Below the pieces are notes generated by a model. That model searched no databases. It was not told the origin of the DNA and was given only the letters and a program-made list of their open reading frames with translations. The position numbers were made by a program, and so were the translations under genes. Below are positions 23,413-31,357 of a DNA stretch of 32,201 nt, one piece after another (the stretch's first letter is position 1; each line of letters opens with the position of its first letter). The DNA comes from Candidatus Aenigmatarchaeota archaeon (GTDB lineage: Archaea > Aenigmatarchaeota > Aenigmatarchaeia > CG10238-14 > SpSt-28), in NCBI GenBank assembly GCA_025058985.1, contig JANXEB010000044.1:1-32201 (forward strand), read 5' to 3'.

Positions 23413-26065
23413 AAGGTTTACCTGGAAAACTTTTTTTAGCTTTTTCCTCTTTACTCTCCTCTTCTTTCTCCACAACTACTTCAACTCCAAACTCTTCTCT
23501 TAAAAATTCCAAGTTTTCTTTCAAAGCAACTTCCTCTAACTCAGTTTCAACAAAACGTTGCAAAATTTCTGGATTAATGTTTGTTTTGAATAACCTGCTA
23601 AGCTCTCTTTTTGCTTCTTCGTAACTCAAATTACTTTCTATGATTCTTTTAACTATAGAAGCTTTTTCTCTACTACAAACTATTATTTTAATTTTCTCTA
23701 TTTTTTCAATCTTAGCTAATTTTAATACACTTTTTATATCCTCTATTAAATTCTCCATATACTTTTCAACTTTTAAATAATTTTCATCTACCTTAGAAAC
23801 TTCTATCCATTTTAATTCAAAATTCAACTTTTCAAAAATTTCACTAACTATATGTGGTATTATAGGATAAACTATTAAACTCCTAATTTTTTTATAATAC
23901 TCTACATATTTTTTGCTTGGTGTTTTACACCTCTTCAAATACCAGTTAAACATTCTCTCGAGCTCATACCATTTATTTATAACATTCCTGAAGTCTAGCT
24001 CTTCATAAAAAACTTCACACTCTTTAAGAGCCTTATTCAACACTGTCTCAAACCATTTATCTATCATTCTTTCTTTTTTTAAATCATTTCCGAACTCTTT
24101 TAAACAAAAATCATACCAAGAAACTATTTCTTCTTCTATTTTATCAATTTTACCAATTTCCACATTCATATCATTTAAACTAGAATAACTATTCATTGCT
24201 AATAAAAATCTTAAAGAATCAGAAGAATATTTTTTCAAGACATCTAAGATTGGAATAAAATTTCCCTTACTTTTACTCATTTTCTCCCCATTTATAAGAA
24301 CATGCCCATTAATAGCTATTGCTTTAGGCCAATGTTTTCTGTCGAATATAGCAACATGATGAAATATCATGAACGGAAGATGATTATAGAGCAAATCTTT
24401 TCCACTTACCCTTAAGTCAAGTGGATACCAATAATTAAATTCTTTATCTTTTGAAAACAACTCATCAAAAAACTCTTCAGTTAAATTCTCTTCACCACAA
24501 TTTTTTAGAGAATGAGCTACTGTATAAAAAGCCATGTAAATTGTTGAATCGGAAAGAGATTCTATGAACCATTCTTTATCTAAGAAAAATCTAGTTCCTA
24601 AAATATCTTTATGAACAAAGGCCCAATCTCTCATATTTTTAATAGCTCTTATTATTTCGTTCTTCGCTTCCTTAGGATAAAAAATCATTTGCTCAACACA
24701 TTCTAAAGCTAAATTTTTCCATCCTTGGTTAGAATAATTTATAAACCATTGATCTATTAATCTCACAACACACTTATTTCCATATCTTGAATGGAATCTT
24801 ATTGGCAAAGTACAATGTTTAATAGCAAGTCTTTTTTTAATCAATTCATTAGCAAATTCATCTTTGATTTCACAAACTCTTTTGCCAGCAAACTTTCCAA
24901 AAATTACTTTTGTTATACCATAATAAAATTCTTTTGAATATATCTCTTCGGTAGCTTTTTCTAATTTCTCTTTATCTTTTTGAGAAGTTATTTTCATTCT
25001 TTCTACAACATCTCTAGCTGGATATTCTGAATAACCTTCTAAAGCAAACAATGATTTCATGTTTTGTAAACATTTTTTAGCAATTTCGTCATTCAAATCA
25101 ATTAAAGCTATATAATCGTATGGAGCGTGCGAAGGAACACTCATAACTATTCCTGTGCCTATCTCTGTATCAACAAAAGTAGATGGTAATATAGGAACTT
25201 CTTCATTAGTGTACGGGTTTTTAACGCGTTTGTATAACAAACTTTTGATGTCTATTTTATTTATAACTTCAACCATATGCTCTTGAGCTTTTATTTCATC
25301 AATAACTATTGTATTTGGTAATATCCATTTTTCTCCATCAACCTTAACCAACAAATATTCACCATCTTTGTTAACCCAAATATTTGTAACTCCCAATAAA
25401 GTTTCTGGTCTTAAAGTAAAACATGGTATTATAAAATCTTCTAAATAAAACTTTATTATATAACCCTCCACATAACTTATATCAACAAACTCATCTGGCC
25501 TATCATGATCACCAATAACTTTATCTACTTTCAAATCATAAACAACATGATGCTTTCCTTTTTTTATCAAATCTTTTTTAGCTAGCTTTTTATATTGCCA
25601 CTCAACAAATTTAGTAAAAGATTTTTCAGGATCTGTAGTTATAAAAGTTCTTCTAAAATCTATTGATGCACCCAACTTTTTCAAAGCTTCTACAGCTTTG
25701 GGAATAAAATAATCAACCCAATAATTAGCATTTTTAAATTTCTCTATTTCCTTCTCATCTACATGTTGCATCAATAAATCGTTGACTATTTTTTTATCAC
25801 CACTTTTTAGCCTATAAACTGCTGCCATTATTGGAGAGCCAGTTGTATGAAAAGCTTGAGGAAGAAGCACATTAAATCCTTTTAACCTTTTATATCTAGC
25901 TAAAAACTCTGCTCTACAAAAAGTAGCAGCATGGCCAAGATGTAATAAACCATTTACATACGGAATTGGAAAAGTTATGAAAAACTTTTTTAATTTTTCA
26001 TCAACATTTGCCTCAAAATTCCATATATTTTGCCACTTTTCTTCTATTTTCTTCAGACTATCCAT
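23396..26065 (-). CDS. leuS: Leucine--tRNA ligase (archaeal type)
   Basis: 889 aa. HIGH motif (PYVNGLLHLGHA), KMSKS motif (GEKMSKSKGNF), CP1 editing-domain strings (TLRPETLLGVTNIWV, GTGIVMSVPSHAPYDY) and WLISRQ-like DQWFI. Confidence 0.93.
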   Translation of the reverse strand: MDSLKKIEEKWQNIWNFEANVDEKLKKFFITFPIPYVNGLLHLGHAATFCRAEFLARYKRLKGFNVLLPQAFHTTGSPIMAAVYRLKSGDKKIVNDLLMQHVDEKEIEKFKNANYWVDYFIPKAVEALKKLGASIDFRRTFITTDPEKSFTKFVEWQYKKLAKKDLIKKGKHHVVYDLKVDKVIGDHDRPDEFVDISYVEGYIIKFYLEDFIIPCFTLRPETLLGVTNIWVNKDGEYLLVKVDGEKWILPNTIVIDEIKAQEHMVEVINKIDIKSLLYKRVKNPYTNEEVPILPSTFVDTEIGTGIVMSVPSHAPYDYIALIDLNDEIAKKCLQNMKSLFALEGYSEYPARDVVERMKITSQKDKEKLEKATEEIYSKEFYYGITKVIFGKFAGKRVCEIKDEFANELIKKRLAIKHCTLPIRFHSRYGNKCVVRLIDQWFINYSNQGWKNLALECVEQMIFYPKEAKNEIIRAIKNMRDWAFVHKDILGTRFFLDKEWFIESLSDSTIYMAFYTVAHSLKNCGEENLTEEFFDELFSKDKEFNYWYPLDLRVSGKDLLYNHLPFMIFHHVAIFDRKHWPKAIAINGHVLINGEKMSKSKGNFIPILDVLKKYSSDSLRFLLAMNSYSSLNDMNVEIGKIDKIEEEIVSWYDFCLKEFGNDLKKERMIDKWFETVLNKALKECEVFYEELDFRNVINKWYELERMFNWYLKRCKTPSKKYVEYYKKIRSLIVYPIIPHIVSEIFEKLNFELKWIEVSKVDENYLKVEKYMENLIEDIKSVLKLAKIEKIEKIKIIVCSREKASIVKRIIESNLSYEEAKRELSRLFKTNINPEILQRFVETELEEVALKENLEFLREEFGVEVVVEKEEESKEEKAKKSFPGKPSIVVV

Positions 26066-26091
26066 AATATAATAAATTATTAAAACAAATT

Positions 26092-26586
26092 ATGGTAAAA
26101 TGTCCAGTTTGCGGAAGTGAAAATGTAATAAATAATACTATTGATTATAGTGAAAAATTCTTTAAAAAAATTTTGATAAGCACAATAGTTTGTAATTCTT
26201 GTGGTTTTAAACACTCTGATATTTTAACGGAAGAAAAAGGAGAAAGCGTAGAAATAAATTTTTTTGTAGAAGAAAAAGAAGATTTAAATATCTTAGTAGT
26301 AAAATCTTCTAAATGTTCTATCGAAATTCCAGAAATAGGATTAGAAATAACTCCTGGTCCTTATAGTGAAGGATATATTACAACTATTGAAGGAATTTTA
26401 GAAAGAATTGAAAATTTTCTATACGAGCATATGCACTTATTCGAGCAAGAAAAAGTCAAAAAAATAATGGAAAAAATAAAAGAGATGAGAAATGGTAATT
26501 TAAAATTTCATTTAATATTAAAAGATAGCTCTGGTATTTCGAAAATATTTTCAAAAAAAGCTAAAGAACTAAAAAACACAAAATAA
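26092..26586 (+). CDS. ZPR1-type zinc-finger protein
   Basis: 164 aa. The CPVCG...(x26)...CNSCGF C4 finger is followed by VVKSSKCSIEIPEIGLEITPG...GYITTIEGILERI, the pattern of the ZPR1 zinc-finger plus A domain (archaeal COG1779). Confidence 0.6.
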   Translation: MVKCPVCGSENVINNTIDYSEKFFKKILISTIVCNSCGFKHSDILTEEKGESVEINFFVEEKEDLNILVVKSSKCSIEIPEIGLEITPGPYSEGYITTIEGILERIENFLYEHMHLFEQEKVKKIMEKIKEMRNGNLKFHLILKDSSGISKIFSKKAKELKNTK

Positions 26587-27161
26587 TTTATTAAAATTAA
26601 TAAAGGTATTAAAAAAATTTTTTCGAAAGTAGTTCTTGTAATGAGAGAGGAAAAAAATAACAAGTTAATAGAGCTTATCGAAGAAACTAAAAACAAAACT
26701 AATACATCTGTTTGAACAAAAATAGAAATGAAAAAAAATGAAAGTGGGAAAACGAAAAAAGAAAAAGCAGTCATCCATCTAGCAAGGCTCTTCAACTCGT
26801 TTTTAAACTTCACCTCCTCTTCGTATACCTTTTTAAAATACTCGACTTCAGAAAAAACTTTTGACATTTGTAAACCAAATTTTAAAGCTTCTAAAATCAA
26901 TATACAACTATTTTTAATAGCTTTTGACATACTATTGATACTAACAAAACTTACATATTCATCAAAACTTTTAAAATTTGATGAAATTTTTCTAAAAGAA
27001 GTTTCTAGTGCTATTCCCTCTTTTAGAGCATTGTTCAAAACATAACAAGTTTCAAAAAAATCTTTCTCAATCTTTTCTTTTTTTATTCTTTTATTCCTTA
27101 AAGTAAAAAAGATCAGAAAAGAAAGTAAAGATAAAATTATTAGAAAAACTTTTTCAATCAT
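26508..27161 (-). CDS. Polytopic membrane protein, TadC/FlaJ-like (T2SS-F domain); tentative
   Basis: 217 aa. It has an N-terminal TM, a helical soluble segment of about 100 aa, then three hydrophobic helices. It has an ATGA overlap with the upstream paralogue-like gene. The call rests on architecture rather than motifs. Confidence 0.45.
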   Translation of the reverse strand: MIEKVFLIILSLLSFLIFFTLRNKRIKKEKIEKDFFETCYVLNNALKEGIALETSFRKISSNFKSFDEYVSFVSINSMSKAIKNSCILILEALKFGLQMSKVFSEVEYFKKVYEEEVKFKNELKSLARWMTAFSFFVFPLSFFFISIFVQTDVLVLFLVSSISSINLLFFSSLITRTTFEKIFLIPLLILINYFVFFSSLAFFENIFEIPELSFNIK

Positions 27162-27679
27162 TTTTTAAAATAATAAAACATCATTATACATTCTGTCAAA
27201 AAAATTGCGAACAAGAAAAAATATAAAAAACTTTCATCGAGCTTTATTCCTATGTTTAAAAACTCTAAGCTATGAAGCACTGAAAGAAATGTATAGAAAA
27301 CAAAAGCAACAATAGGAAGAATAATTGAAAAAATTATGAAAAAAGTAGCAAAAGACTTTGAAAATTCTATCCTGTTCTTTCTTTCATTCAGATCTTCCTC
27401 GCTAAACTTCTCTACTATTAAATCCAAATTCTCTCCCAAAGTTTCTAATTCCAATCCTTCGTAAATTTTTTCGAGACAATATTTAGTTCTTTCGTTCTTT
27501 TCCTTCTCAATTGCCTCTTTTATTGCTTCTTTCATAGGCTTATTTGACTTTGCTATAGAAGAAAAAATTGATTTTGGATATTTTTCACTAACAATTTTTA
27601 AAGATTGCTCAAAAGATATACCATTTATCAAAAAACTTCTTATCAACCTAATTTCGTTCAGCAAATCTTCAAACCTCAC
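27158..27679 (-). CDS. Membrane protein, TadB/FlaJ-like (T2SS-F domain); tentative
   Basis: 173 aa with a GTG start. It has a helical soluble N-domain of about 115 aa (LINGISFEQSLKIVSEKYPKSIFSSIAKS...) followed by two TM helices. It is translationally coupled to 26508..27161. Confidence 0.45.
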   Translation of the reverse strand: MRFEDLLNEIRLIRSFLINGISFEQSLKIVSEKYPKSIFSSIAKSNKPMKEAIKEAIEKEKNERTKYCLEKIYEGLELETLGENLDLIVEKFSEEDLNERKNRIEFSKSFATFFIIFSIILPIVAFVFYTFLSVLHSLEFLNIGIKLDESFLYFFLFAIFLTECIMMFYYFKK

Positions 27680-27745
27680 AAATTTATTTCAATCTATATT
27701 TTTTATAATACAAAAAAATTTAAAAAATAATACCACCATTCCTTT

Positions 27746-28084
27746 ATGCAAAGACAAGTAACGTTAATAAACTTAATAGAAAGAATGGATAAAATTGACA
27801 TAATATTGCTCAAAAAATTTTACTTTACATCTAAGGATTTCCCAAATGATATGCAAGTTTATGCATTTCCAATACTAATAAAAGAATTGAGAGAAGTACA
27901 TAAAGTTAGTTTAACAGACGATGCTATTAGAAAAAGATTAAAAAAGCTTTGTGAGCTTGGTTTATTAGAACACGTTAAAAACTCTAATCCATCCATATTT
28001 TTACCAATAGAAGAAAAAAAGAATTTTGTAGAAGAATTAATAAAGCAATTCATTTCCTATATTGGTTTGGAAATTTTTATTTAA
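27746..28084 (+). CDS. Small winged-helix DNA-binding protein (putative transcription regulator)
   Basis: 112 aa. SLTDDAIRKRLKKLCELGLLEHVKN resembles a wHTH recognition helix plus wing. This is weak, motif-level evidence only. Confidence 0.4.
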   Translation: MQRQVTLINLIERMDKIDIILLKKFYFTSKDFPNDMQVYAFPILIKELREVHKVSLTDDAIRKRLKKLCELGLLEHVKNSNPSIFLPIEEKKNFVEELIKQFISYIGLEIFI

Positions 28085-28104
28085 GATTTTCTTAATATAG
28101 ATAT

Positions 28105-28196
28105 GGGCCCGTAGCTCAGTGGTAGAGCGGCCGCCTTATATGGCAACTGAGCTATGAGAAAGCGGTAGGTCAAGGGTTCAAATCCCTTCGGGCCCA
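28105..28196 (+). tRNA. tRNA-Ile (anticodon UAU) with a 20-nt intron
   Basis: The fold is GGGCCCG TA GCTC AGTGGTA GAGC G GCCGC CT-TAT-A [tggcaactgagctatgagaa] A GCGGT AGGTC AAGGG TTCAAAT CCCTT CGGGCCC A. The anticodon is at 28137-28139. The mature length is 72 nt. It is a GC-rich island, and CCA is not encoded. Confidence 0.85.
28141..28160 (+). other. tRNA intron at the canonical 37/38 position
   Basis: 20 extra nt lie between the anticodon-loop A37 and A38. The exact cut sites are ambiguous by 1-2 nt because of flanking A residues. Confidence 0.7.
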
Positions 28197-28357
28197 TTTA
28201 AGTATTTGTGAAAGATTTGAAGAAAATGAAATAGTAAAAACTGCAAAAACACATCTCTCATATTTTTCATAGGAGAAAATAACATATAATCAAATTAGCA
28301 CACCAAAATTTATAATAATGATTTCTTTTCTCATCCTTTCAAAATCCAAAGCTATAT

Positions 28358-28549
28358 TTATTTTTTATTTATAAATTCTAGAAAAATAAAAATCAATGTA
28401 AAACAAAAAATTAAAAACGAAGAAATCATAGCTAGTAAAGTAAATATTTTTTGATTAAAGGGAGCTAAAGCTAGACTAATGCTAAAAACTAAAGAAACCA
28501 ACAATAATGAAAAAAAATGCCAATCTTTCTTTAATTTTTCAATTACCAT
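28358..28549 (-). CDS. Small two-TM membrane protein (63 aa), hypothetical
   Basis: ATG-start ORF with two hydrophobic helices (FFSLLLVSLVFSISLALAPF and LLAMISSFLIFCFTLIFIFL). Confidence 0.4.
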   Translation of the reverse strand: MVIEKLKKDWHFFSLLLVSLVFSISLALAPFNQKIFTLLAMISSFLIFCFTLIFIFLEFINKK

Positions 28550-28558
28550 TAAATAATT

Positions 28559-28795
28559 ATGGAAAATGAAAATTTAAAAATATTAAAATTAGATAAAAAA
28601 GGTGCCAAAAACACTTCTTTTATATTTGGATGTGAAGATAAGATTTTCTCGATTAGCGAAAAAATAATACCATACAAAAACACTAAAAAAATGAGAAAAA
28701 GAAACTATTTTTTTATATTAGAACGCAGAGAAAACTCAAGTTTAATTATAGATGAAGATATAGAATTTTTTGAAAAGTGTTCGAAATTGTTGTAG
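28559..28795 (+). CDS. Hypothetical protein (78 aa)
   Basis: ATG-start ORF directly upstream of the prepilin peptidase gene, overlapping it by 19 nt. I recognise no motifs. Confidence 0.3.
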   Translation: MENENLKILKLDKKGAKNTSFIFGCEDKIFSISEKIIPYKNTKKMRKRNYFFILERRENSSLIIDEDIEFFEKCSKLL

Positions 28796-29556
28796 GAGTT
28801 TCACTTTTCATTGCATCAATCTATGATTTAAAAACAACTGAAATACCAGATGAAATTCCGATATTTTTAATATCGCTTGGTATTTTTTTAGTAGTTTTTG
28901 ATTTAATTCTTTTTAAAGACTTATCAAAACTAACAAATACGATAATTGTAGGTCTTGTTTTTTCTGTTTTTTGTATTTTAATGTATTATGGTGGTCATTG
29001 GGGAGCTGGAGATTCGGCACTATTAGCTTCTATAGCATTTTTATACCCTAATTTTTCATTTCTTTTCAAGTACTTGATAAACCTAATAATTTTTGGTTCT
29101 TTTTTTATGGTAGCTTTTTCAGTAGTTTTTTGTTATCTTTACTCAAAAAAGGTTTTTAAAAAATTTTCTATAGAGCAAAAAAAACTTAAATACTTATACA
29201 TTTCTTTGCTCCTATTAGGATTAGTCTCTTTTATAATATTAAAAAATAAATTTTTATTGATTTACTCAATCGTCTTAACTCTTGCTATAATGACAATAAA
29301 TTTTTGCATAATTGTAGAAAAATACGGATTTAAAAAAAGAATAAGAGTAGATAAATTGAAAGTTGGTGATGTTTTAGTTAGTTTTAAAAGATGGAGAGGA
29401 ATAACGGAAAAAGAAATAGAAGCAATAAAAAAGAGTGGAAAAACTTTTGTTACTATAAAAGAAGGTGTTAGATTTGCTCCAGCTTTTCTAATAGCTTATC
29501 TTTATACAATATTAACAAACGAAGCTATTTTGTTTAACTATTTAATAGTATGGTAA
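28777..29556 (+). CDS. A24-family prepilin/preflagellin peptidase (FlaK/PibD/EppA-like)
   Basis: 259 aa, polytopic, GTG start. The first catalytic Asp context is SIYDLKTTEIPDE. The second is the GxGD motif (HWGAGDSALLASI). There is a C-terminal soluble extension, as in FlaK. Confidence 0.7.
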   Translation: MFEIVVGVSLFIASIYDLKTTEIPDEIPIFLISLGIFLVVFDLILFKDLSKLTNTIIVGLVFSVFCILMYYGGHWGAGDSALLASIAFLYPNFSFLFKYLINLIIFGSFFMVAFSVVFCYLYSKKVFKKFSIEQKKLKYLYISLLLLGLVSFIILKNKFLLIYSIVLTLAIMTINFCIIVEKYGFKKRIRVDKLKVGDVLVSFKRWRGITEKEIEAIKKSGKTFVTIKEGVRFAPAFLIAYLYTILTNEAILFNYLIVW

Positions 29557-30161
29557 AAGTAAAAGAAGTTATGAATAAGGATGTTGTTAAACTGCAACAC
29601 CTCTCTACTTTAGAAAAGTGTTATAGACTTTTGGAAGAAAAAAGAGTTCCGTCAATAGCTGTATTGAAAAAAAATAAACTAATTGGGCAAATAGAAAGAG
29701 AAGACATTTTAAAATTTGTTAAGAAAAAAAATCTTGAAAGTATAAATGAAAACGATATAAAAAAACTTAAAAAAAATAGAGTTTTTAAAATAAAGAAAAA
29801 ATGTGAAACAGTTTACGAAAATGAGGATATAGAAATAGCTATAAGAAAAATGAATGAAAACAACTTATCTAGACTTTTTGTTACTGACGAAAAAGGTAAC
29901 TTAGTTGGTGTTTTTTCTAGGAGTGATATATTAAAACTTAAAAGAAAAGGAGAAGTTTATACAACAATAGATTATATGTTAGAAGTAATAAGAGAAAAGA
30001 AAAGAATATCATTAAGAAACTTATCAAAAACTTTAAACTTACCAGAAGATTTAATAGAAAGTTGGGCAAAAGCATTGGAAGAAACCGGAGAAATAGAAAT
30101 AGAGTACCCAGTTATGAGTAGTCCTATAGTGAAAAGTAAAATAAATATAGCCAAAAATTAA
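29550..30161 (+). CDS. CBS-domain pair protein with a C-terminal winged-helix-like module
   Basis: There are two CBS repeats: VKEVMNKDVVKL...PSIAVLKKNKLIGQIEREDILKF and ETVYENEDIEIAIRKMNENNLSRLFVTDEKGNLVGVFSRSDILKL. A wHTH-like tail follows: ISLRNLSKTLNLPEDLIESWAKALEETGEIEIEYP. Confidence 0.7.
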   Translation: MVKVKEVMNKDVVKLQHLSTLEKCYRLLEEKRVPSIAVLKKNKLIGQIEREDILKFVKKKNLESINENDIKKLKKNRVFKIKKKCETVYENEDIEIAIRKMNENNLSRLFVTDEKGNLVGVFSRSDILKLKRKGEVYTTIDYMLEVIREKKRISLRNLSKTLNLPEDLIESWAKALEETGEIEIEYPVMSSPIVKSKINIAKN

Positions 30162-30163
30162 AT

Positions 30164-30349
30164 ATGGGACTATTAAAAACTATAATTGGTCTTGCGTTAA
30201 TTTTAATTGGTATATTCAATTTTTTGAATTTAAACATTCTATATAGAATAGTTTTAGTTATCCTGGGCGGTATAATAGGTGGTATATTAACTTTTCTCTT
30301 AGCGATACTAATTGTCATAATTATTTACTTTGAAATACTACCGTTTTGA
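30164..30349 (+). CDS. Small two-TM membrane protein (61 aa), hypothetical
   Basis: ATG-start ORF that is almost entirely hydrophobic (LLKTIIGLALILIGIFNF and VLVILGGIIGGILTFLLAILIVIII). Confidence 0.4.
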   Translation: MGLLKTIIGLALILIGIFNFLNLNILYRIVLVILGGIIGGILTFLLAILIVIIIYFEILPF

Positions 30350-31330
30350 TTGCTTTATAAATTTTAAAAAGAATTTTTTGAATTGATTGAAACTGTTAAA
30401 TATTTTATCACTATAATATGGAGTAAACGGTGATAATTTTTTTTGAGGAAATATTAACCAAACTTCTTTGTTTGAAGTATGTGCATAAGAAATTTCCTTT
30501 TCTACTCCTGGACTATGAATGATTTCCGGAAAATAAGCAACCAAAATATCTGATTGGTCTATTAATTTATAATCTTTTCTAACTATCCAATTCCTAAGTT
30601 GATTGATAGGTATCTTTTCTTCAAACTTTCCTTTATCTTCTTCCAAAGATGGAGAAAAAACTACGGCGTACTTTTGCAAAAAGTTTATAAATTTTCTTAC
30701 TTTATAAGTAGATTTAAAAAAAGTCATTGGAAAACTGGTATAAATTTTTGGCTTATTACTAAAAATCATATCATAAAAAGTTTGTAAAGGATAATCTACA
30801 TGAAAAACATAAAAGCTTTTATTCTGAAGCATTGCCATTATTTCTGTTGTATAGATTTCAAGCTCTTGCCAAGTTATTATTTCGGAAACTTTTATGATTT
30901 CTCTACCCCATTTTGGATCACTATAAATTTTATCCCTAATTCTTACTATATCGTTTATAAAAGTTACGTAAATGTCTATTTTTATTTTATTCAAAAAAGA
31001 AATGTCAAAAGCATGCTCTGGTCCATTTTTCCACCAATAGGATGCATGAGTTGAAATTATCATTAAATCATAGTTGCTTTTTCTTTGAGAATATTCTATC
31101 AAACACCTCTCAAAAGCTAAAGATATTAAAGTTCTTAATGTAGTTCTTGGCAAGTTAAGTATTTTTTCTTCTTTAACTTTAATTCCTATCTCTTCAGCAG
31201 CTTGAAACATTAAATCCCCTATAGACACTACTTTACAATTTTTACCATTTTCGAAACAGAACTTCTCAAACTCTCTTAAATACCTTGGTTTACCACAACC
31301 AGCTATTCCAGTTGCTAAAACTGTTATCAT
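30338..31330 (-). CDS. P-loop (kinase-like) N-terminal domain fused to a Rossmann-like C-terminal domain; function unknown
   Basis: 330 aa. It has a deviant Walker A at the N-terminus (VLATGIAGCGKPRY). The C-terminal about 130 aa (PKIYTSFPMT...SDILVAYFPE...SPGVEKEISYA) is reminiscent of nucleoside 2-deoxyribosyltransferase-like folds, but that similarity is tentative. Confidence 0.6.
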   Translation of the reverse strand: MITVLATGIAGCGKPRYLREFEKFCFENGKNCKVVSIGDLMFQAAEEIGIKVKEEKILNLPRTTLRTLISLAFERCLIEYSQRKSNYDLMIISTHASYWWKNGPEHAFDISFLNKIKIDIYVTFINDIVRIRDKIYSDPKWGREIIKVSEIITWQELEIYTTEIMAMLQNKSFYVFHVDYPLQTFYDMIFSNKPKIYTSFPMTFFKSTYKVRKFINFLQKYAVVFSPSLEEDKGKFEEKIPINQLRNWIVRKDYKLIDQSDILVAYFPEIIHSPGVEKEISYAHTSNKEVWLIFPQKKLSPFTPYYSDKIFNSFNQFKKFFLKFIKQSKR

Positions 31331-31357
31331 AATTATAATTCTTTCTAATTCTAATTT

